Assembly: GCA_963735035.1 (NCBI GenBank)
Contig: CAVTJJ010000004.1
Location: 928,001-992,000 of the forward strand
Direction of reading: 5' to 3'
DNA from: an uncultured candidate division Zixibacteria bacterium
GTDB lineage: Bacteria > Zixibacteria > MSB-5A5 > GN15 > FEB-12
DNA length: 64,000 nt
Below, in pieces: positions 48,998 to 58,963 of the stretch. A program made the position numbers and the translations under genes. Under the pieces are notes generated by a model that was not told the DNA's origin, searched no databases, and was given only the letters and a program-made list of their open reading frames with translations. Within the stretch, counting starts at the first letter, position 1. Every line of letters begins with the position of its first letter.

Positions 48998-51427
48998 ATG
49001 AATCTGGACCGCCAACGCATTGAGACCGTCTTCCTCGAAGAGGAGATGAAGTCCTCCTACCTCGACTACTCCATGTCGGTCATTACCAACCGCGCTCTGC
49101 CAGATATACGCGACGGCCTCAAGCCGTCGAATCGCCGCATCCTGGTAGCGATGAACGACCTCGGCCTCGCGCCCGGCAAAGCTTTCCGCAAATGCGCCAA
49201 GATCTGCGGCGATACTTCCGGTAACTACCATCCGCACGGCGAACAGGTAGTGTATCCGACCCTCGTCCGCATGGCGCAGGATTTCAACATGCGCTATCCG
49301 TTGGTGGACGGCCAGGGGAACTTCGGTTCGATCGATGGCGACGAAGCCGCCGCCATGCGATACACTGAAGCACGTTTGACACCAATCGCCATGGAGATGT
49401 TGCTCGATCTCGAAAAAGAGACGGTCGACTTCATGGACAACTACGACGGCACTCTGAAAGAGCCGATCGTGCTTCCGGGAAAATTCCCCAATCTGCTGTG
49501 TAATGGAACGACCGGTATCGCAGTCGGTATGGCGACCTCGATTCCGCCGCACAATCTTCGGGAAATCGCGAAGGCGATTATCACCGTAATCGATGATGCC
49601 GAGTGCACCAATGAAGATCTGATCGAACTGGTGCCGGGTCCGGATTTTCCGACCGGCGGTATCATCAACGGCCGCGAAGGTATCCGTCTGGCGTACACTA
49701 CCGGACGGGGGCACGTGCCTGTCCGCGCCAAGGTCCTGATCGAACACATGCGCAACGGGAAAGAAGCCATCATTGTTGCCGAGCTGCCCTTCCAGGTCAA
49801 CAAATCCAACCTGTTGGAAAAAATTGCAGACCTGGTGCGCGACAAGAAGATTGAGGGGATCTCCGATCTCCGTGATGAATCCGACCGCGATGGTATGCGA
49901 ATTGTTATTGAGCTGAAACGTGACATACAGGCTGACATCGTCCTGAACCAGCTCTACGCCCACACTACTATGCAGACAACGTTTGGCGTGATGATGTTGG
50001 GTTTGGACAAAGGCGTGCCGCGCATGATGACGCTAAAGGAGCTGATCCAGGCGTTCATTGATCACCGGCACGAAGTAGTAACGCGTCGCACCCAGTATCT
50101 CTTGCGCAAAGCGGAAGAGCGGGCGCACATCCTCGAAGGATACAAGATTGCGCTGGATAATATCGACGCCGTTATTGAGCTCATCAGGAAATCGAAAGAC
50201 ACCCCAACCGCCCGCGATGGCTTGATGAAGAAGTTCAAGCTGAGCCAGATTCAGGCCGACGCCATTCTCGATATGCGTCTGGCGCGTCTGACCGGGCTGG
50301 AACGGCAGAAGATCGAAGATGAGTATCTCGACCTGATCAAGCGGATTACCGAATACAAGGCCATTCTCGCCTCCAAGGCGCTGCGAATGCAGATCATCAA
50401 GGACGAAATCGCCGAACTCGAAAAGAACTACGGCGATGACCGTCGCACGGAGATTCAGGACACCGCTGAAGAGTTGACGGTCGAGGATTTGATCGCCGAA
50501 GAGGAAATGGTCATTACCATTTCTCATTTAGGTTATGTAAAGCGGCTTTCCGTATCGGCGTATCGACGGCAGGCGCGCGGCGGGCGCGGCGTTATCGGCA
50601 TCGAGACCAAGGAAGAGGATTTCGCCGAACATATCTTTATCGCTTCGACCCACGACTATATCCTGTTCTTCTCCGATCAGGGGCGCTGCTACTGGGTGAA
50701 GGTGCACGAAATCCCGACCGGCGGCCGTCTTACCAAGGGCAAACCGATCGTAAATATGTGCGAGATGCTCAAGGGTGAGCGCGTGGCTGGATTCGTTCGC
50801 GTGCGCGATTTCAGCGCGGACAAGTTCGTTGTTCTGGCGACCCGTCAGGGCATTATCAAGAAGACCTCGCTCGATGCCTTCTCGCATCCGCGCAAGGCGG
50901 GCGTCGCGGCCATGAACATCGGCGACAGCAAAGACGCTCTGATCGGTGCGACCGTCACCGACGGCAACTTCGAGATGGTTCTGGCCACCCGCAAGGGCAT
51001 GGCGATCCGATTCCCGGAAGAGAAAGTTCGTCCCATGGGCCGCGCCGCTTACGGCGTGAAGGGTGTTGACCTGGCCAAGGGTGACTATGTAATAGGCATG
51101 GTCGCAGTACGTCACGACAGCACCCTGCTGGTCGTGACCGAAAACGGCTATGGCAAGCGGACCTCGATCGAGGATTATCGCGTTACCAACCGGGGCGGCA
51201 AGGGTGTGATCAACGTCAAGGAGTCTGAACGCAACGGCGAGGTGGTCGCCATCAAGGAAGTAATAGACAAAGACGAGTTGATTCTGATCACAAGCAATGG
51301 CATCACCAATCGCCAGGCGGTCAGTCAGATCAAGGTCATCGGCCGCAACACCCAGGGTGTTCGCCTGATCCATCTGGACAAGGGTGATTTGGTCACCGAC
51401 GTCGCAGTCGTGATACAGGAAGAATAG
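48998..51427 (+). CDS. gyrA: DNA gyrase subunit A
   Basis: SYLDYSMSVI..RALPD.RDGLKP, YHPHG, AAMRY catalytic Tyr, GyrA box QARGGRG, C-terminal pinwheel repeats. Confidence 0.97.
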   Translation: MNLDRQRIETVFLEEEMKSSYLDYSMSVITNRALPDIRDGLKPSNRRILVAMNDLGLAPGKAFRKCAKICGDTSGNYHPHGEQVVYPTLVRMAQDFNMRYPLVDGQGNFGSIDGDEAAAMRYTEARLTPIAMEMLLDLEKETVDFMDNYDGTLKEPIVLPGKFPNLLCNGTTGIAVGMATSIPPHNLREIAKAIITVIDDAECTNEDLIELVPGPDFPTGGIINGREGIRLAYTTGRGHVPVRAKVLIEHMRNGKEAIIVAELPFQVNKSNLLEKIADLVRDKKIEGISDLRDESDRDGMRIVIELKRDIQADIVLNQLYAHTTMQTTFGVMMLGLDKGVPRMMTLKELIQAFIDHRHEVVTRRTQYLLRKAEERAHILEGYKIALDNIDAVIELIRKSKDTPTARDGLMKKFKLSQIQADAILDMRLARLTGLERQKIEDEYLDLIKRITEYKAILASKALRMQIIKDEIAELEKNYGDDRRTEIQDTAEELTVEDLIAEEEMVITISHLGYVKRLSVSAYRRQARGGRGVIGIETKEEDFAEHIFIASTHDYILFFSDQGRCYWVKVHEIPTGGRLTKGKPIVNMCEMLKGERVAGFVRVRDFSADKFVVLATRQGIIKKTSLDAFSHPRKAGVAAMNIGDSKDALIGATVTDGNFEMVLATRKGMAIRFPEEKVRPMGRAAYGVKGVDLAKGDYVIGMVAVRHDSTLLVVTENGYGKRTSIEDYRVTNRGGKGVINVKESERNGEVVAIKEVIDKDELILITSNGITNRQAVSQIKVIGRNTQGVRLIHLDKGDLVTDVAVVIQEE

Positions 51428-51460
51428 CGGCTCTGGGAGTGTTGAAAATACTCCACGGTT

Positions 51461-51619
51461 GTCATCGCGAGCCCGCCTCGGCGGGCGTGGCGATCTCGTC
51501 CCCGTGTGCCCCTATTCACGGGGCAGACCGGGAGGTCTGCCGCCACAATATTTTGTGATAGAAACTCGCGACGGGTTGCGTCAGATCTTGTCCCCCGCTC
51601 GCCGTCAGCGAGCGGGGGA
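51461..51619. repeat. Half copy of the GTCATYGCGAG repeat plus REP-like hairpins
   Basis: GTCATCGCGAG...CGTGGCGATCTC (51461-51497); GGCAGACC-GGGA-GGTCTGCC; TCCCCCGCTCGC-CGTCA-GCGAGCGGGGGA, between convergent genes. Confidence 0.7.
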
Positions 51620-51642
51620 TGTGACCTGCCGCTTCTTGCTAC

Positions 51643-53946
51643 CTAGAGAGCCACGCGAAGGCCGATCATGGGCAGGATGCCGGCGTCGTAGATCAGACCG
51701 GCTGAAGAATAGACGACAGGGTTGGCGCGGTTGGTGACGTTGACTATCGCCATCAACAACTCTACCCGTCCCATTCGATAACTACTACTGAGATTCACGT
51801 ACGCATTGGTGGAAAACCGGCGGCTGTTTTCCTCCTGCAGGGTCGCGCGATAGTATTCCCATTGGTAAAGCTTGGACTCGTCGGCCGTCCAGTCGGAGTG
51901 CAGCGGCGAGAAAGGATACCCGGACCGGATTTGTACTTCGGCTCCGAAATTCAGCTTGCGCGAGCAGCGGTAGTCGATCTGGGTCTGGAACCGATGGGGC
52001 ACGTCGAGATCATAACGTGATATGATGCCGTGGTCATAGGTGTGGGAAACCGTATAGGCGTAGGAAGCATTCAATCCGAAGCGATCTCCGAACAGACGAT
52101 TCTCCTGCACCGACATGAATATGCCTTGGAACCGCGCGCTCCCTTCGGACTGCACCATGATGAAATCATTGCCCACAGCACTATGTGATGTAGCCACTGC
52201 TCCAAAATCAGGGGAGACTATCGGCAGGTTGCGGAGCGTCTTGCGGAACACCCCGACACCAAGTCCGCGCCATGAGAATTGTACTGTCCGCAGCTCGGTA
52301 GTGATCGGTGTCAGATTCTCCAGGTTGGTGCGCACCATTACCTGATATGATTCAATAATGTTGTCCAGCGGGGCATTGGAGTAGGTTCCCCAGGCGAAAC
52401 TCAGATTCGTTTGCGAGCCCAACGCGTATCCCAGCCTGGTCCGAAAGCCGGTGAAAGCGCCATTACGGAGCGGTGTATAGTTGTCCTGCCGCACACCTAC
52501 TACCAATGTGGCGGCGCCGATCGGTAATTCGCCCGAGAGATATCCGGAGGTACGGCTCAGCCGGGCGCTGCCGGCCCTATCGCCATAGGTCTGGTTGAGG
52601 GCTTTCTGATAAACGAATGGATTGTCGGTACTGGCGAACGGGGGAAGGAAATTCCAGTTGCGCTGTTCGAGCGAGTAATCGCGATGACTATCCTGTTCCG
52701 TTTCCAGTCCCGCCTTGACTACCAAGCGCCCTGGATTGTAGTCAACCCCGGCCTGGGCAAAATCTGTTCGGTAGTCTTCACTTAAGTTTACTCTTATGCC
52801 ACCAATTGAAGCAGCATTTGTCGGTTCGGCCCTGTAGTCGCGATTCCCATAGCGGGTCGCGAGGGCCAGGTGCGTGAAGAATCGAGAATGGCGGTCTTCC
52901 AGACGGATCCCGAACTGATTCTCGTGGCTCGATTGGTACGTATTGACACTGGCAACGTCGGCGATTCTCGACGCGTTATAGCTCAAGAAATCACCGACCT
53001 CGTAATGATCGACCATCAAACGAGTCGTCTTCGACAACTTCAGGCCGAACGAACCGAAAGCGTCCTGAAAATTAGTTGGCGGCAGCGTCGCCCGGTTCGT
53101 GCGGATATCCAACTGGCGGACCAGTCGGTCGAGCAACGACTTCCTGAGAGCGCCCTGCACGTAGAATCGATCAGTCGCCAGCGAGAAAGTACCGGTCGCC
53201 TCGAGTGTCGATAAGGTCAGTTCGCCGCCGGTCGGATGACCGAACAGCTCCGCCGTACTGAACTTTACCGTTGAAGGTAGTTGTTGATCGGCGGTTGTTC
53301 CCATCGGCTGAAATTCCATCTTGTCGACAATCGACGCCGGTACGTACGAAAACATGCCGTAATGCGACGGATCAGTACCGATCGGAAGGCCGTTGAGATA
53401 GTACACGGGACTGGTTCCGTAGACTCTGATCTGTGATGAAAGATTCGAGCCGACCCGGCTCACCTGTGATCCTTTGATAGCTGCAATTGGATTGGTCATC
53501 ACCAGCGACTGCGCCGCCCGAGCCAATACGGCATCGTGCTTCATGGCCGGCTGGGTGGGGCCCGAATACTGCGGGGTGACTCTCATCCCGGAGACTTCAA
53601 CCGCAGTCTCGGATAACGACACCGTTAAGGCGCTCTGTAATTCACTCGCGGCAATGGTCTGCGTCCGGGTATTGTACCCGACCGAGGATACCCGAAGATC
53701 AAGCGATTGATGATTCGTATTGGGAAGAGGCAGATTGAAATGGCCGTTGTTGTCAGTAGCAACACCCGCGACAACTTTCCCCGAGTCCAGAACAATAACC
53801 GTGGCGCCAGGAATTGGCTGACCGTTCTCGGATCGGACCTGTCCGCTTATGCTGACCGAAGCCGACAGACCGGACGCCTGGGTCAGCAGGACCACAAGGG
53901 CCAGAAGGGACAACAACGCGATCCTATGCATTATAGTCATAATCAT
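51643..53946 (-). CDS. TonB-dependent-receptor-like outer membrane protein with an N-terminal carboxypeptidase-regulatory-like domain
   Basis: Signal peptide; ISGQV...G.PIPGATV...T..NG.F...SSVGY; plug-like VYG....YYLNG.PI; amphipathic strands; NVTNR.N and terminal strand IGLRVAL. Confidence 0.8.
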   Translation of the reverse strand: MIMTIMHRIALLSLLALVVLLTQASGLSASVSISGQVRSENGQPIPGATVIVLDSGKVVAGVATDNNGHFNLPLPNTNHQSLDLRVSSVGYNTRTQTIAASELQSALTVSLSETAVEVSGMRVTPQYSGPTQPAMKHDAVLARAAQSLVMTNPIAAIKGSQVSRVGSNLSSQIRVYGTSPVYYLNGLPIGTDPSHYGMFSYVPASIVDKMEFQPMGTTADQQLPSTVKFSTAELFGHPTGGELTLSTLEATGTFSLATDRFYVQGALRKSLLDRLVRQLDIRTNRATLPPTNFQDAFGSFGLKLSKTTRLMVDHYEVGDFLSYNASRIADVASVNTYQSSHENQFGIRLEDRHSRFFTHLALATRYGNRDYRAEPTNAASIGGIRVNLSEDYRTDFAQAGVDYNPGRLVVKAGLETEQDSHRDYSLEQRNWNFLPPFASTDNPFVYQKALNQTYGDRAGSARLSRTSGYLSGELPIGAATLVVGVRQDNYTPLRNGAFTGFRTRLGYALGSQTNLSFAWGTYSNAPLDNIIESYQVMVRTNLENLTPITTELRTVQFSWRGLGVGVFRKTLRNLPIVSPDFGAVATSHSAVGNDFIMVQSEGSARFQGIFMSVQENRLFGDRFGLNASYAYTVSHTYDHGIISRYDLDVPHRFQTQIDYRCSRKLNFGAEVQIRSGYPFSPLHSDWTADESKLYQWEYYRATLQEENSRRFSTNAYVNLSSSYRMGRVELLMAIVNVTNRANPVVYSSAGLIYDAGILPMIGLRVAL

Positions 53947-54230
53947 ATCCTGAGAGGTCTCAGGTCAAAATGTATGCCAGTAAACGGACTTCCAGCGGGT
54001 CCGTGTATCTACGGGTATCATAACAGCTTACGGTGTGCAAGAGTTTCCCACGGGGATGCGCAGGAATGCAGCTTTGTGAAACGAGGCGGCAATTCTGCAA
54101 TCCGGAGCATACCCCTCCTCTTTTCCTGAAGGGGGTGCTGGCAGAGGCCGAGATTTGCACCTATATTGACCGCTTCTTTGGCTCCCCGGATTGGGCCAGG
54201 TTGAATGACAGGAAGCAGGCAAGCAGAAGC

Positions 54231-55181
54231 ATGAATTACAACGGAGAACTGGCCGCTCTTACCACTGCTGTGTGCTGGTCGGTGACCGCGATTTTCTTCG
54301 CCGAGGCTGGGCGGCGCATCGGCTCGTTTCGGGTTAATGCGATCCGGCTGCTCTTTGCGGTCGCAATCTACTCCGTAGTCCTGCTGCTGACTCGCGGCTA
54401 CCTGTTTCCCCCAGACTTGAACCGCATGCAGGTGTTCTACCTGGCGCTCTCCGGGCTGGTGGGACTGGTTATTGGCGACGGTGCCGGGTTCAAGGCGCTA
54501 GTGATGATTGGTCCGCGACTCAGCACGCTACTGGCAGTGACAGCCCCTGTCATGGCCACGGTCATTGCGTGGATATTTCTCGGTGAACGCCTCCAGATTG
54601 TCGATCTGTTTGGGATTGCGGTAACTATCGGTGGGGTGGGATGGGTGGTGGCCGAACGGCGCTACCAGAACCACAACCATTTTCAACTTCACGCCGACCA
54701 TCCCGACTCCGGCACTCTCGGCCGGGGGGTTCTGCTTGCGCTGGTAGCTGCCCTGGGTCAGGCCGCGGGACTGGTCTTGTCCAAACAGGCGATGCTCAAC
54801 TGCGGGTCGCCGCTCGATCCCCTTCCGGCGTCGTTTCTGCGGATGCTTACATCGGCCGTCATGATCTGGCTGTTTGCCGGCCTGCGGGGACGCCTGATCG
54901 ACACGCTCAAGGGATTTCAGCACCGCACCGGGATTCTATGTGCGGTCGGGGGCGCCATATTTGGTCCTTTCCTGGGGGTGTGGATGTCGCTCGTAGCCGT
55001 GGCGCGCATTCCCGCCGGTATTGCCGCGACCCTCAACGCCACGACCCCGGTCTGGATCATTCCGAACGTGATGTACTTCTACAAAGAAAAAATCTCGCTT
55101 CGCGCCGTTGTGGGTGCTATACTGGCCGTGGGTGGCATAGCTATCTTGTTCATGGCCGATGAAATATTTGGAGTATTCTAG
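54231..55181 (+). CDS. DMT/EamA-family transporter
   Basis: MNYNGELAALTTAVCWS start; LSG..GL.IGD, FLGE and KEKIS motifs; distant paralog of 26741-27646. Confidence 0.88.
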   Translation: MNYNGELAALTTAVCWSVTAIFFAEAGRRIGSFRVNAIRLLFAVAIYSVVLLLTRGYLFPPDLNRMQVFYLALSGLVGLVIGDGAGFKALVMIGPRLSTLLAVTAPVMATVIAWIFLGERLQIVDLFGIAVTIGGVGWVVAERRYQNHNHFQLHADHPDSGTLGRGVLLALVAALGQAAGLVLSKQAMLNCGSPLDPLPASFLRMLTSAVMIWLFAGLRGRLIDTLKGFQHRTGILCAVGGAIFGPFLGVWMSLVAVARIPAGIAATLNATTPVWIIPNVMYFYKEKISLRAVVGAILAVGGIAILFMADEIFGVF

Positions 55182-56115
55182 ACTACGCGCTTTTGTGGCC
55201 AGGTATTTCGCCTGTTCCAATCCGGACCGGCGGGTTGGCCGCTTAGGTATATTCGACTCGGATTATATCGATATCTTCCGCTTCTTTGGTCCGGAGGGAA
55301 TGCGACCATCCGATGTACGCGTCTTCTACCTCGACGAACCCTTTCAAATTCAGGACCCGCTCATTCGCGAATTCGCCCTGACTACGGCGCAACAAATGCG
55401 CGCCGAGGGTCGTATCTACGACGGTGGCCCGGTCATGAAACTGGCGTCGTGCACACTCGGGGCCGGTGAACCGCATATCACGGTGCAGCCGTGCGATTAT
55501 TCGTTGCAGGCCGGAACTTGCTTTGCCCTGGACCTGCCAGACGCCCGCTTTGAATCGGTGGGTGGGACGTTACGCGACTACTATCGCCGGGGGTGTATCG
55601 TCCCGACATTCGAGAACAATCCGCTGGCGATTTGCCTGGGCGTGAGCGGCATGCTGATGGTCGAAGAAGGTAGCGAGAGGTTCATCCTGCGGGCCGAAAG
55701 GGCATCGCACCTGGCGTCCCTGGAGGAGTCGAGCGGGCCGTCGGTAGCGGGTGTAGTCGATTACATTACAGGTCACCCAAATCTGGCGGAGTTGATTGTT
55801 GCGGCTATGAGCAACGAAATCCAGGAAGAGCTAGGCCTGCTTCACGGTGAATACGAAATCATCCCCCTGGCCTGGGCCACTGAGCTGTTTCGTGGCGAGC
55901 GACCGCAAATATTCTGTCTGATACGCACATTGCTTGAACGCGACGGAGTGATGGCGCGTCTCAATGCAGTCCCGAAGGAACGTCGCGAATTCGAAAGTGT
56001 CCGCTTCATGCCTTTGTATGGCGGAACCATGCTCGACCAGAAGGACCTTGATACGTTGAACTTCGAAGCGAAGATGAATTTCTATCTGGCCGAAGAGTAT
56101 CTTGGTTTGGGATAA
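55159..56115 (+). CDS. Hypothetical protein with a degenerate Nudix-like fold
   Basis: LGVSG.L....FIL..R......SVAGVVD...AMSNEIQEELGL resembles a Nudix box; overlaps the DMT stop. Confidence 0.55.
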   Translation: MKYLEYSRLRAFVARYFACSNPDRRVGRLGIFDSDYIDIFRFFGPEGMRPSDVRVFYLDEPFQIQDPLIREFALTTAQQMRAEGRIYDGGPVMKLASCTLGAGEPHITVQPCDYSLQAGTCFALDLPDARFESVGGTLRDYYRRGCIVPTFENNPLAICLGVSGMLMVEEGSERFILRAERASHLASLEESSGPSVAGVVDYITGHPNLAELIVAAMSNEIQEELGLLHGEYEIIPLAWATELFRGERPQIFCLIRTLLERDGVMARLNAVPKERREFESVRFMPLYGGTMLDQKDLDTLNFEAKMNFYLAEEYLGLG

Positions 56116-56147
56116 GGTTTTGTTCTGGAATAAGGTTTTGTTTTGAT

Positions 56148-56316
56148 CGGCAGGGCTCAGCCCCTGCCGCTTGGGTGGCTAACTACCGTGCCCGGCAGAT
56201 GTCCACATCTGCCGGCTGACAGAGTGCCTGGTGGCCCACCTGCTTGCAGGTGGGGGATAGACAGAAGCGACGGAAAGAATGTCGAAACCGTCCGAAGCGG
56301 CCTGGTTTCGACCTAC
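56148..56316. repeat. Cluster of four REP-like hairpins
   Basis: CGGCAGGG/CCCTGCCG; CCGGCAGATGT/ACATCTGCCGG; GTGG-CCCACCTGC-TT-GCAGGTGGG; GTCGAAACC/GGTTTCGAC-CTAC. Confidence 0.75.
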
Positions 56317-56340
56317 AAGACAGTGGCACAGAAAGTACAT

Positions 56341-56871
56341 ATGATAGACTCTTGTCAACAACGTCTGATGCGCTTTGAAAAGAAGAGAGATTGGAAGAAC
56401 GCCGCTGCCGCGAACAGAACCTTCATTGCTCAGTATCCTGAAAGCCACTGGTTCCTAACAAAGCAGTCAGAGTACTACTACGAACTCAAGCAGTACGGAA
56501 GAGCACTGAAACACGCGCGGAAGGCGTTGCAGTTGGCCCCCCATTGCCCGCTGGTTCTCTGGGATTATGCTGGAGCCTTGCATATGTTGGATCAGACAGA
56601 GCAGGCCAGGCTTGTTTACAGGAGGCTGCTACGCAGAGGTGTTGAACACATTGCATATGGTCAGTGTGGTGAAGGATATAGATGGGCGGAGAACCTTCTT
56701 TGCGATTGCCTCTACAAGATCGGAACGGGGTACGCTGATGAGGGTAAGACGAGACTGGCAATCCGATACCTGCGCCGTCACCTTGTCTCTAGGAGACCGG
56801 GACTTCGCAGCCTGTTTCCGGCGAAGAATGTGCGTCGGAAGTTGGCTGATCTTGAGAAGAAGACGGAGTAG
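56341..56871 (+). CDS. Tetratricopeptide repeat protein
   Basis: YYELKQYGRALKHARKALQLAP...YAGALHMLDQ...A..VY TPR pattern; start at ATG 56341 (or 56368). Confidence 0.75.
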   Translation: MIDSCQQRLMRFEKKRDWKNAAAANRTFIAQYPESHWFLTKQSEYYYELKQYGRALKHARKALQLAPHCPLVLWDYAGALHMLDQTEQARLVYRRLLRRGVEHIAYGQCGEGYRWAENLLCDCLYKIGTGYADEGKTRLAIRYLRRHLVSRRPGLRSLFPAKNVRRKLADLEKKTE

Positions 56872-56877
56872 TTTCCG

Positions 56878-56946
56878 CCTGCTTGCAGGTGGGGGATAGA
56901 TGCATCATATGAGAATGTAACCACCCACAGCAAGCTGTGGGGTACC
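56878..56946. repeat. Two adjacent repeat units: a 23-bp copy of 56239-56261 and a 36-bp copy of 60392-60427
   Basis: CCTGCTTGCAGGTGGGGGATAGA (56878-56900) and GAGAATGTAACCACCCACAGCAAGCTGTGGGGTACC (56911-56946). Confidence 0.85.
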
Positions 56947-56975
56947 AAGCTATTTGATGAACAAACAGAGAGATT

Positions 56976-57818
56976 ATGAGCGAATCAAAAAGTAACATAA
57001 CATCAATCAAGACAGTCGGGACCTTTATCAAAGTTGGGGCATGTTCGAGTACGCTATGCAACGTCCTCAACCGCGCCTATGAACAGCCTTTGATCAACGA
57101 GGAAAGCGCCGCCATTCCTCTCGCGGGCGGTCTAATGCAGCATGGTTACCAGTGCGGCATGATCTGGGGCTCGACCCTCGCCGCCGGGGCGCAGGCATAT
57201 CGACTTCATGGCGCGGGGCCGAAGGCCGAAACCAGGGCTATTGTCGCGGCCCAAAGGGTGGTGGCATCTTTCCGTACTCTCAATAACTGCATTGACTGCT
57301 TCGATATTACCGAAATGAACGAGACTTCAACTGGATGGCAGTTGACGAAGCACTTTCTGCTAAAAGGCGGCACTATACATTGCTTCAGCATGGCCTCAAA
57401 ATATGCCCCGGTGGTATTCAATGAGATCAACGCCGCGCTCTCCGAGAACCATATCGATACATTCTCCGCGCCCGTGAGTTGTGCGGCGGTGTTGGCTCAG
57501 AAGATGGGCGCGTCCGACATGCACACAGTCATGGCGTCGGGACTTGCGGGCGGTATTGGGTTGAGTGGCGGCGGCTGTGGGGCGTTGGGGGCGGCCTTAT
57601 GGATCACCGGTTTGAACAGCCTCAAGGCGGGCAATAAGAAGATCGATTACAAAGCCCCCGAGAACTTTGCGCTGATCGACAAATTCCTGAAATGCACGAA
57701 CTACGAATTCACGTGCTCCAAGATAGTCGGGCGGAAGTTCGAGAGTGTCGGTGACCACGCCGCTTATGTGTGCAACGGCGGCTGCTCGAAGATCATTGAG
57801 GTGTTAGCGGCGAAGTGA
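56976..57818 (+). CDS. C-GCAxxG-C-C family putative redox protein with a tandem duplicated domain
   Basis: CSST...LAGG....QCGMIWG...C.DI...C and CAAV...LAGGIG.SG..CGALG...CSKI...C. Confidence 0.85.
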   Translation: MSESKSNITSIKTVGTFIKVGACSSTLCNVLNRAYEQPLINEESAAIPLAGGLMQHGYQCGMIWGSTLAAGAQAYRLHGAGPKAETRAIVAAQRVVASFRTLNNCIDCFDITEMNETSTGWQLTKHFLLKGGTIHCFSMASKYAPVVFNEINAALSENHIDTFSAPVSCAAVLAQKMGASDMHTVMASGLAGGIGLSGGGCGALGAALWITGLNSLKAGNKKIDYKAPENFALIDKFLKCTNYEFTCSKIVGRKFESVGDHAAYVCNGGCSKIIEVLAAK

Positions 57819-57881
57819 TGGGAAAGATGATCGGGTAGGTGGCCCACCTAGCCATAAAGAGCAGAAGGCTAAACGTTATAC

Positions 57882-58307
57882 ATGGTTGACGAGCCATACA
57901 CAAATCGACAGCGAGAAGATATTGACGTATTGAAGCGCTCGCAGCGAAGACTCGCGGAAGCAAGTTCGTTGTTGTTGCGTTATGTGCCCACGCTCTTCTG
58001 GCTGTTTCTTAGAACACGAGTGATGCCGCTTCCATCAATTCTTGAACCGTTGCTCAATACGATGCTTTGCAGCTACATAATCTTTGCGCTCGGATTCGGA
58101 CTGATGTTCGTTTTCTTCGTGATGCAGTTAACCATTAGACTGCATAGGTTCTATATCTGGCAGAAATATGGTTCAAATGAGCTTCCGCCGTATCCAGTTG
58201 TCGACCCTGGGTACAGACAGTACTTTCGTTATGTCTTGAGAATCACCGTCGTTGTAGAAGTAATTGTGGACTCGTTCTTCGTTGTGGATCTATTTACCAC
58301 GACGTAG
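57882..58307 (+). CDS. Hypothetical membrane protein
   Basis: 141 aa with 2-3 hydrophobic segments; AT-richer codon usage. Confidence 0.55.
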   Translation: MVDEPYTNRQREDIDVLKRSQRRLAEASSLLLRYVPTLFWLFLRTRVMPLPSILEPLLNTMLCSYIIFALGFGLMFVFFVMQLTIRLHRFYIWQKYGSNELPPYPVVDPGYRQYFRYVLRITVVVEVIVDSFFVVDLFTTT

Positions 58308-58323
58308 ATTACGCGCTGTCACC

Positions 58324-58349
58324 GGGTAGCCCACAGCTCTGCTGTGGGT
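58324..58349. repeat. REP-like hairpin (GTAG-footed CCCAC...GTGGG family)
   Basis: GGGTAG-CCCACAGC-TCT-GCTGTGGGT, an inverted relative of the 36-bp repeat. Confidence 0.75.
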
Positions 58350-58371
58350 AAGATCGCCATGAGGCCGAGCT

Positions 58372-58830
58372 ATGATATTCAACGATTCGCTGTTGGTATT
58401 CGAAAACGAGATTCGTGAAAGAAGCCGCTGGCAGGCGTTTCTAGAAGTTCTCAAAAAGTACACGTTCGATCTGAGACCGATTCATCGATATCGCGGTCGC
58501 GTGACACTGATTGGTGATGTTCTCGGAATCGACATGCACCACGTCCACACCTCGGTCCCGCTCGTAATGAATATCCCTCTGCTGAGCATCGTTGGTCTGG
58601 ACATAGGGTACAACGACGTTCTTACCTCCCTCACGGTCCCCCGGTGGCACTGGCGGCTCGGACCCATTGGTGTGCGTTATGAAGACGAAAACGGAAAGGA
58701 TACCACGATCTACCTATTTGCAGCCTACGATCACGGATGGACTGTGAATCCGAATTGCAGGAATGACGATCTGTTCAAGGCTATGAGTAGCCGTATTATG
58801 GAGTTGAAGGCAAAGAAGAATCAGCCATGA
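58372..58830 (+). CDS. Hypothetical protein
   Basis: 152-aa ORF that looks beta-rich; GAGG RBS. Confidence 0.6.
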   Translation: MIFNDSLLVFENEIRERSRWQAFLEVLKKYTFDLRPIHRYRGRVTLIGDVLGIDMHHVHTSVPLVMNIPLLSIVGLDIGYNDVLTSLTVPRWHWRLGPIGVRYEDENGKDTTIYLFAAYDHGWTVNPNCRNDDLFKAMSSRIMELKAKKNQP

Positions 58831-58859
58831 GCTACCCAGATCGTCTAAGTAGCGTCATC

Positions 58860-58963
58860 GTCGGGTTGCTCGTGTCTCGCTTCGCGAGACCCTCGTGAAC
58901 CCGACCTACATGAACCTACGGCCAGTATGAATGGCAGAACCACCAAGGGGTTCTGCCCTACGA
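58860..58963. repeat. REP-like hairpins ending in CTAC
   Basis: GTCGGGTT...AACCCGAC-CTAC and GGCAGAACC...GGTTCTGCC-CTAC. Confidence 0.65.

Noticed and set aside
56112..56142. ATAAGGTTTTGTT direct repeat as a regulator site
   Set aside because: It overlaps a stop codon, has two copies 18 bp apart and is low complexity. It is more likely a small local duplication.
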